A stretch of 64,000 nucleotides of DNA from NCBI GenBank assembly GCA_965262725.1, contig OZ253555.1, forward strand, positions 1,408,001-1,472,000. Reading direction: 5' to 3'. Source of the stretch: Dehalococcoidia bacterium. GTDB lineage: Bacteria > Chloroflexota > Dehalococcoidia > UBA2979. Position numbers and translations under genes: made by a program. Of this stretch, positions 59,276 to 64,000 are shown piece by piece. Positions within the stretch are counted from its first letter, which is position 1; each line of letters starts with the position of its first letter. The notes under the pieces are model-generated. The model did no database searches. It was given only the letters and a program-made list of their open reading frames with translations, and was not told the origin of the DNA.

Positions 59276-61288
59276 ATGAAGATAACGATCTCGAAACTCA
59301 CGTCTGCTGACGTTGACTCTGTCGACGAACTGATGAAACGTCATACGAGCACGATTGGCTTTCTTCCGCGAATCGTGCTTGAGGATCACGCCACCAAGGA
59401 ATGGATATTAGGAGCCACGACTCAGGACGGGACACTCGCTGGATACCTTCTGTACGCAGCCTATCCGGACCGCTTCCGCATTGTGCATCTCTGCGTGGCG
59501 GAGGCTTTCAGAAACCAAGGACTCGCCAGAAGACTTCTTGATGCCATAAAGGCTCGCACGACTACCCAAAAGGTCGTGAAGCTCAGCTGCCGGAACGACT
59601 TCCCGGCGCATCACATGTGGCCAAAACTGGGTTTCGTGCCTATAGCTGAGAGATCTGGGCGATCTAAGGCCGGACATCCTCTAACGCTTTGGCGCCTTGT
59701 ACTAGCGACTGATGATCAATTGGCACTCTTTCGTGCGAATGTCTCAGACGAGACGCTTGATGTGATCATCGATTCCCAAGTATTCTTCGATTTCGATGAA
59801 CCAGACAGTGACAAGGCACAGCCGTCCAAGGCTTTGCTTGCAGACTTCTTCGTAGACTCTATTGCTATTTGGGTCACTGATGAATTGCTCACTGAAATCA
59901 GCCGCAATTCCAGTGCTAGTCGACGGGCAGAGGCAAGGACGCGCGCCAGTCAGTTTCTTGAGCTGCGATATGATCCACTCTTGCTTGATAGCCTCACTGA
60001 ATCACTAAAACAGATTCTTCCTAGCAGCAGCGCAAGTCAGATATCAGATATCAATCATTTGGCTAAGGCTGCTGCGTCTGATGTCAGTATTTTTGTCACC
60101 AGAGACCAGGACTTGCTGAAGAAATCAGACCAGATTTGTGATTTGGTGAATCTCCAGTTATTGTCCCCTACTGAGTTGATTATGAGGTTGCGCGAGCTTT
60201 CAGAAGTGACGTCTAATGTTCCGGATTGTGTTTCTGGTCTTGGTCTCGAATGGAGAACTCTATCCTCCAGCGACTTGTCAGATTTCCCGTTCAAGATCTT
60301 TCTCGAACAAGGGGAACGACTCGGGCAGTTTAGAGAGAAGTTGGACTACTTTCTCGTGGAACCTGTTCACGAACTGGAGGTCCTGTGGTCCAGGAAGAAG
60401 CCTGTGGCGCTGCGAGTCCTGTCCTATAGCTCCCCCAGGGTACTCACCGTGTCTCTCGGTAGGGTGGCGAATTCTCAGGACAGTGCATTGTACGGCCGCT
60501 TTCTAATCTCGGACATCATCTATAAGGCGACGCGGAAGAATCTGGAGATGATCAAGTTCGACACCGCCACGCTCCCGATCAGTCTCATGCAAGGACTTTC
60601 TGAAATGGGATTCACGAAATCTGGTAGTGATTTCGTGAGATTCTGTTTCCCACGTTACCTTGATCATATGGAGGCTCTGTCGGAGATTGCTCGAGTGTTC
60701 CCCGAGCATGTGGAAGAATACCGGAGTATGACACATTCAGATTTGGAGCGGTCTTGCTCCCCTCTCCTGTCCGACCTGGACCAAGGGTATTTCCTAGTTC
60801 CTATTCGACAAGGTTATGCTCTTAGCCTCTTTGACAGACAACAAGCCTCGCGCGATCTGTTCGGCGGGCTACAAGAGATTCTACTTCGCTGGAGTAACGT
60901 GTATTATCGGGCAGGGAATTTTCACAAAATGATTAAGGCCCCTGGACGGATATTATGGTATGTAAGTGGGACAGGTGGTGCGGTTGTGGCCGTGTCTCAC
61001 CTTGATGCAGTTATAGTCGACACTCCTAAAGAACTTCTTCGGAAGTTCAAGAATTATGGAGTTTTCCAGTGGACTGATCTCTACAAGATATGCGGGGATG
61101 ATATATCCGCGAAGCTTATGGCCCTGCGCTTCTCGCATACATTCCCGCTTCGTAGGCGAGTTCTACTAGATGAAATTTGGAGAGTCTTCGATGAGGATGG
61201 CGTCGGTCGATCCTTACAGGCGCCAAGAAAGCTACCAACGAAGACTTTCCGGAAGCTGTTTCAGTTGGGATACGTGGCGCGGCCATGA
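59276..61288 (+). CDS. Multidomain GNAT - PIN - degenerate domain - PUA/EVE-like protein
   Basis: GNAT HLCVAEAFRNQGLARRLL; PIN IIDSQV, TEI, SDINH, FVTRD; C-terminal VPIRQGYA...NVYY...PGRILWYVSG; AT-richer than flanks. Confidence 0.8.
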   Translation: MKITISKLTSADVDSVDELMKRHTSTIGFLPRIVLEDHATKEWILGATTQDGTLAGYLLYAAYPDRFRIVHLCVAEAFRNQGLARRLLDAIKARTTTQKVVKLSCRNDFPAHHMWPKLGFVPIAERSGRSKAGHPLTLWRLVLATDDQLALFRANVSDETLDVIIDSQVFFDFDEPDSDKAQPSKALLADFFVDSIAIWVTDELLTEISRNSSASRRAEARTRASQFLELRYDPLLLDSLTESLKQILPSSSASQISDINHLAKAAASDVSIFVTRDQDLLKKSDQICDLVNLQLLSPTELIMRLRELSEVTSNVPDCVSGLGLEWRTLSSSDLSDFPFKIFLEQGERLGQFREKLDYFLVEPVHELEVLWSRKKPVALRVLSYSSPRVLTVSLGRVANSQDSALYGRFLISDIIYKATRKNLEMIKFDTATLPISLMQGLSEMGFTKSGSDFVRFCFPRYLDHMEALSEIARVFPEHVEEYRSMTHSDLERSCSPLLSDLDQGYFLVPIRQGYALSLFDRQQASRDLFGGLQEILLRWSNVYYRAGNFHKMIKAPGRILWYVSGTGGAVVAVSHLDAVIVDTPKELLRKFKNYGVFQWTDLYKICGDDISAKLMALRFSHTFPLRRRVLLDEIWRVFDEDGVGRSLQAPRKLPTKTFRKLFQLGYVARP

Positions 61289-61824
61289 CTGCGTCATCGA
61301 CCCCTTTGCTCCTGTCGTTGAAACCATACTACTGGGACCTGATTTTCGAAGGCCAGAAGAGGGCTGAACTAAGACGTCGAGGCATGGCGGGCATGAAGGG
61401 CTGCGACGTATTCGCGTACATCAGCAGTCCTGTGATGGAATTGCAAGGTGGGTTCCGCGTCGGAGAGGTGTGGACTGGAACTCCAGAGGAGGTTTGGAGC
61501 GCGGTGTCCGACTACGCTGGCGTCGACAGGCCTGATTTCGATGCTTACTACGCGGGGCGGTCCATCGCGTATGCCTTGGAGATCACGGAGGTGTGGCGAT
61601 ATGCGAATCCAGTGGGGCTGACCGCGTTGCGGGCCCGGTTCCAGGATTTCGTTGTGCCGCAGTCCTGGCGGTATGTGAAGCCTAACGAGCGGCGGTGGTT
61701 CCAAAGGATGCAGCGTGGCCGGGAATCAAGGGCGGCGCTTGCCGCGTCACCCGAACTCGCTGACGGCGGCAGGAGCAATGAGTCATGGCGACGCTCCAGA
61801 CTTCATGGTCTCAAACGCTACTGA
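61285..61824 (+). CDS. ASCH domain protein
   Basis: LLSLKPYY...IFEGQKRAELRR (GxKxxExR), YISSP, VPQSWRY; ATGA overlap. Confidence 0.85.
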   Translation: MTASSTPLLLSLKPYYWDLIFEGQKRAELRRRGMAGMKGCDVFAYISSPVMELQGGFRVGEVWTGTPEEVWSAVSDYAGVDRPDFDAYYAGRSIAYALEITEVWRYANPVGLTALRARFQDFVVPQSWRYVKPNERRWFQRMQRGRESRAALAASPELADGGRSNESWRRSRLHGLKRY

Positions 61825-62109
61825 GGCCGTGGTGAGAAGGCAAGGTGGAACCGGTCATCGAGACGGACTTGGCGACACTTGGTCGCTCGCGCGGCTTCGC
61901 AGACGCGCTTGTCAGGGTGCGCCACCGCACACGTTCGCGACGCCCGTGCGCCCGGAAGTGCCGGACCAAAGACGTCTCGTAGCTACAAGTGGTGCACAGC
62001 TTGAGATCGCCAGAAGCGACGTTCTGGCACCAAGCCGAGTGAGCGTGCGGCCGGGTCCGGCCGGGCAGAACCGATCTGGCCGACCGGACCCGTGACGGTA
62101 ACGAGGCTC

Positions 62110-62427
62110 CTAGGTTCGCCAAGCCGGAAGCTGACCGTCGTTGAGGGCAACGAGCGCGTCGCGGACCGGCTGCGGCAGACCGGCCCAGGGCGGCAGTGTG
62201 TAGCCGTCGAACCCGGCAACGGGCACCCACTCCCCCGGTGAGACCTCCTCCTCGATGGCCTCGATTGCGTAGTTGTGCAGTCCCCAGATTTGGGTGTGGC
62301 AGCGGTAGGGGCCGGCCGCCTCGATGGCAGCGGCGACCTCGTCGGTGAAGTTGTGACCGTCGCCGTCGTCGAAGCCGAACTTCGAGAATGCGTCGGTGAT
62401 CTCCCAGCAGATGATCCGTCGTGGCAT
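62110..62427 (-). CDS. Hypothetical protein
   Basis: MPRRIICWEITDAFSKFGFDDGDG; AAGGAG RBS. Confidence 0.65.
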   Translation of the reverse strand: MPRRIICWEITDAFSKFGFDDGDGHNFTDEVAAAIEAAGPYRCHTQIWGLHNYAIEAIEEEVSPGEWVPVAGFDGYTLPPWAGLPQPVRDALVALNDGQLPAWRT

Positions 62428-62552
62428 CAGGTTCTCCTTCTCTCTCGGTGCTGTCGTGGATGGCGAGGCCGGACGGGGGCGGCGGTCCGGCGTGATCTCC
62501 CACGGTGTGCGCCATGCGCCGCCCCGCCGTGCGCTCCCCGGCCCCGCGTGGG

Positions 62553-63458
62553 TCAGGCCGCCGCTTCCGGCTCCTCCGTCACCGGACTTCGCCCGAGGAT
62601 GTGATCGGCGGCACGCTGTCCCTGCGCGGCGGCGACCACGACCAGGCGCCTGTCGTCGTCGAGCACGCGCAGCCACGAGGCGATGTAGGCGGCGGACTGC
62701 TCAACCCGGGAGGGGTCGATCCCGGCCTCGCTCCCGAGGAAGGCGGCCGCGAACTCCGCCACCAGCTCCTCCTGCGAGTAGCGCTCGGAGCCGAAGCGGG
62801 CGGCCGTCCGGTAGCCCTCGCGCGCGAGGCGGCTCGGGTGCCCGGTGGAGTGGGCGAGCTCGTGGAAGAGCGTCGCGTAGTAGCCGTGCGCATCGCTGAA
62901 GGCTGCGCGCGGCGGCACGTGCACCTCGTCGTGCTCGGGGACGTAGTAGGCGCCCTCGGCGTCCCGGTGGAGCGTCGGTGGGTTCCGGTAGCCCGCGATC
63001 ACCGCCTCCGCGCGTTCCAGCGGATCCGGGCAGCCGCCGTCCACCCGTGCGGGCAACGTCACGCCCTCGCACTGGTCGACGTTGAAGACGGCGTAGAGGC
63101 GGATGAGCGGGAAACGCTCCACCCGCTCGGTATCCTCCCGGTCCCTCCGCTCGATCCACTTCCAGAGCACGACGCGCGTGCCGTGCTCGCCGCGGCGGAC
63201 GTGCCCGCCCGCGGCCTCGGCCTGGCGGTAGGTGAGCCAGCGCGGGTCGCTCCAGCCGCGCTCGAGCGCGGTCATCTGGAGGACCAGCGTGTTGATGCCG
63301 CGGTAGGGGCGGCCCGAGCGGGCGTTGCGGTGCCCGCGTGCGCGCCACGGCGTGCGCCACGGCACGGTGCCGCGCTCAAGCGCGGTGATGATTCGGCCGG
63401 TGATCTCCTGGTAGGGGTCGGTCCGGCCGCCCGGCTGCCTACGCCGCACGGGGAGCAT
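62553..63458 (-). CDS. ardC: ArdC-family antirestriction / ssDNA-binding zincin protein
   Basis: VPWRTPW, YRGIN, WLTYRQA, FHELAHSTGH, EELVAE, YIASW. Start uncertain (63449-63488). Confidence 0.9.
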   Translation of the reverse strand: MLPVRRRQPGGRTDPYQEITGRIITALERGTVPWRTPWRARGHRNARSGRPYRGINTLVLQMTALERGWSDPRWLTYRQAEAAGGHVRRGEHGTRVVLWKWIERRDREDTERVERFPLIRLYAVFNVDQCEGVTLPARVDGGCPDPLERAEAVIAGYRNPPTLHRDAEGAYYVPEHDEVHVPPRAAFSDAHGYYATLFHELAHSTGHPSRLAREGYRTAARFGSERYSQEELVAEFAAAFLGSEAGIDPSRVEQSAAYIASWLRVLDDDRRLVVVAAAQGQRAADHILGRSPVTEEPEAAA

Positions 63459-63648
63459 CCCCGCGAGGGCGCGGCTCGAGACGCTCATAGAGCGTGAGAC
63501 GGATCGCCCGCCCGGTGGGGCGATCGGCATCGACGGCCTGGATGAGGGAGGCCCGGAAGCCCGGGATCGGGCATTCGGGCAGCGGGATCCGGGCGACGTC
63601 GTAGCGTCCGTGGCGCGTCTCGATGACGCGGCTGGGGCGGTAGGCCAT
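63439..63648 (-). CDS. Small hypothetical protein
   Basis: ATG a few bases after the upstream stop; fills the gap between the Rad52-like gene and ardC. Confidence 0.5.
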   Translation of the reverse strand: MAYRPSRVIETRHGRYDVARIPLPECPIPGFRASLIQAVDADRPTGRAIRLTLYERLEPRPRGDAPRAA

Positions 63649-63652
63649 CGGT

Positions 63653-64000
63653 TCAGGCCGCCCGTGCCCCGTTGCGGCGGTGGAGTCCGCGCGAGAGCGC
63701 GTCCACGCAGGCGAGGAGCGACCCCGCGTCGAGTTCCGCGAGCGGGCGCCCGTAGCGCTGCTCGACCCAGGCGCGCGTGCGTTCCTCGTCGGCGCCTGCT
63801 CCGGCCGCGATCTCCAGCACCCGGCGGCGCAGCTCGTCGGCTTCGACGGCGGAGGGGGCGAGCACCGAACCGTCGAGTGCGGCCGAGAGGCCGTTTCCGA
63901 AGCGCTCCCCGAAGTGTCGGAGCGCGCGCTTGAGCGCGTCGGTCACGGCGGCCTTCGCGGCGACCGCGTGCCCCTCGGCCGTCGGTTCGGATGCGACGGC
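63653..64000 (-). CDS. Rad52/Rad22-family ssDNA annealing protein, C-terminal part
   Basis: EGHAVAAKAAVTDALKRALRHFGERFGNGL; open at the window edge. Confidence 0.8.
   Translation of the reverse strand, partial: AVASEPTAEGHAVAAKAAVTDALKRALRHFGERFGNGLSAALDGSVLAPSAVEADELRRRVLEIAAGAGADEERTRAWVEQRYGRPLAELDAGSLLACVDALSRGLHRRNGARAA

Overview
A very GC-rich bacterial region, probably Chloroflexota/Dehalococcoidia-like (inferred from paired LLM monooxygenases, MFS, CaiB/BaiF and MaoC-type genes). 1-25.2 kb is catabolic/transport backbone peppered with IS elements. Two 3'-half tRNA remnants on the minus strand (Met-CAT at 25255-25304, Leu-like at 47607-47640) mark island boundaries. The right part is a decaying defence/ICE-like island (AbiE, ABC-ATPase+DUF4276, PIN pseudogene, MmeI-like R-M, GNAT-PIN-PUA+ASCH, ArdC, Rad52/22). 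The most striking structure is a group II twintron present in two inverted copies (14619-18980 and 43026-45961). An ORF-less 862-nt intron splits the RT/maturase gene of a related outer intron exactly within the FESIP^HDRLM motif, and EBS1/2/3 of both introns co-vary with their own exons. The outer intron homes into a ~186-bp IS630-derived MITE; an empty copy of that target lies in the full-length IS630 at 9559/9560. Copy 1 forms a multi-layer nest (MOSC start codon > IS21 > MITE > intron > IS256 and inner intron). An IS110 element shows readable bridge-RNA target and donor guides, and an orphan relative of that RNA lies at ~55.4-55.5 kb. All calls are by eye from the sequence and ORF track; no searches were run.
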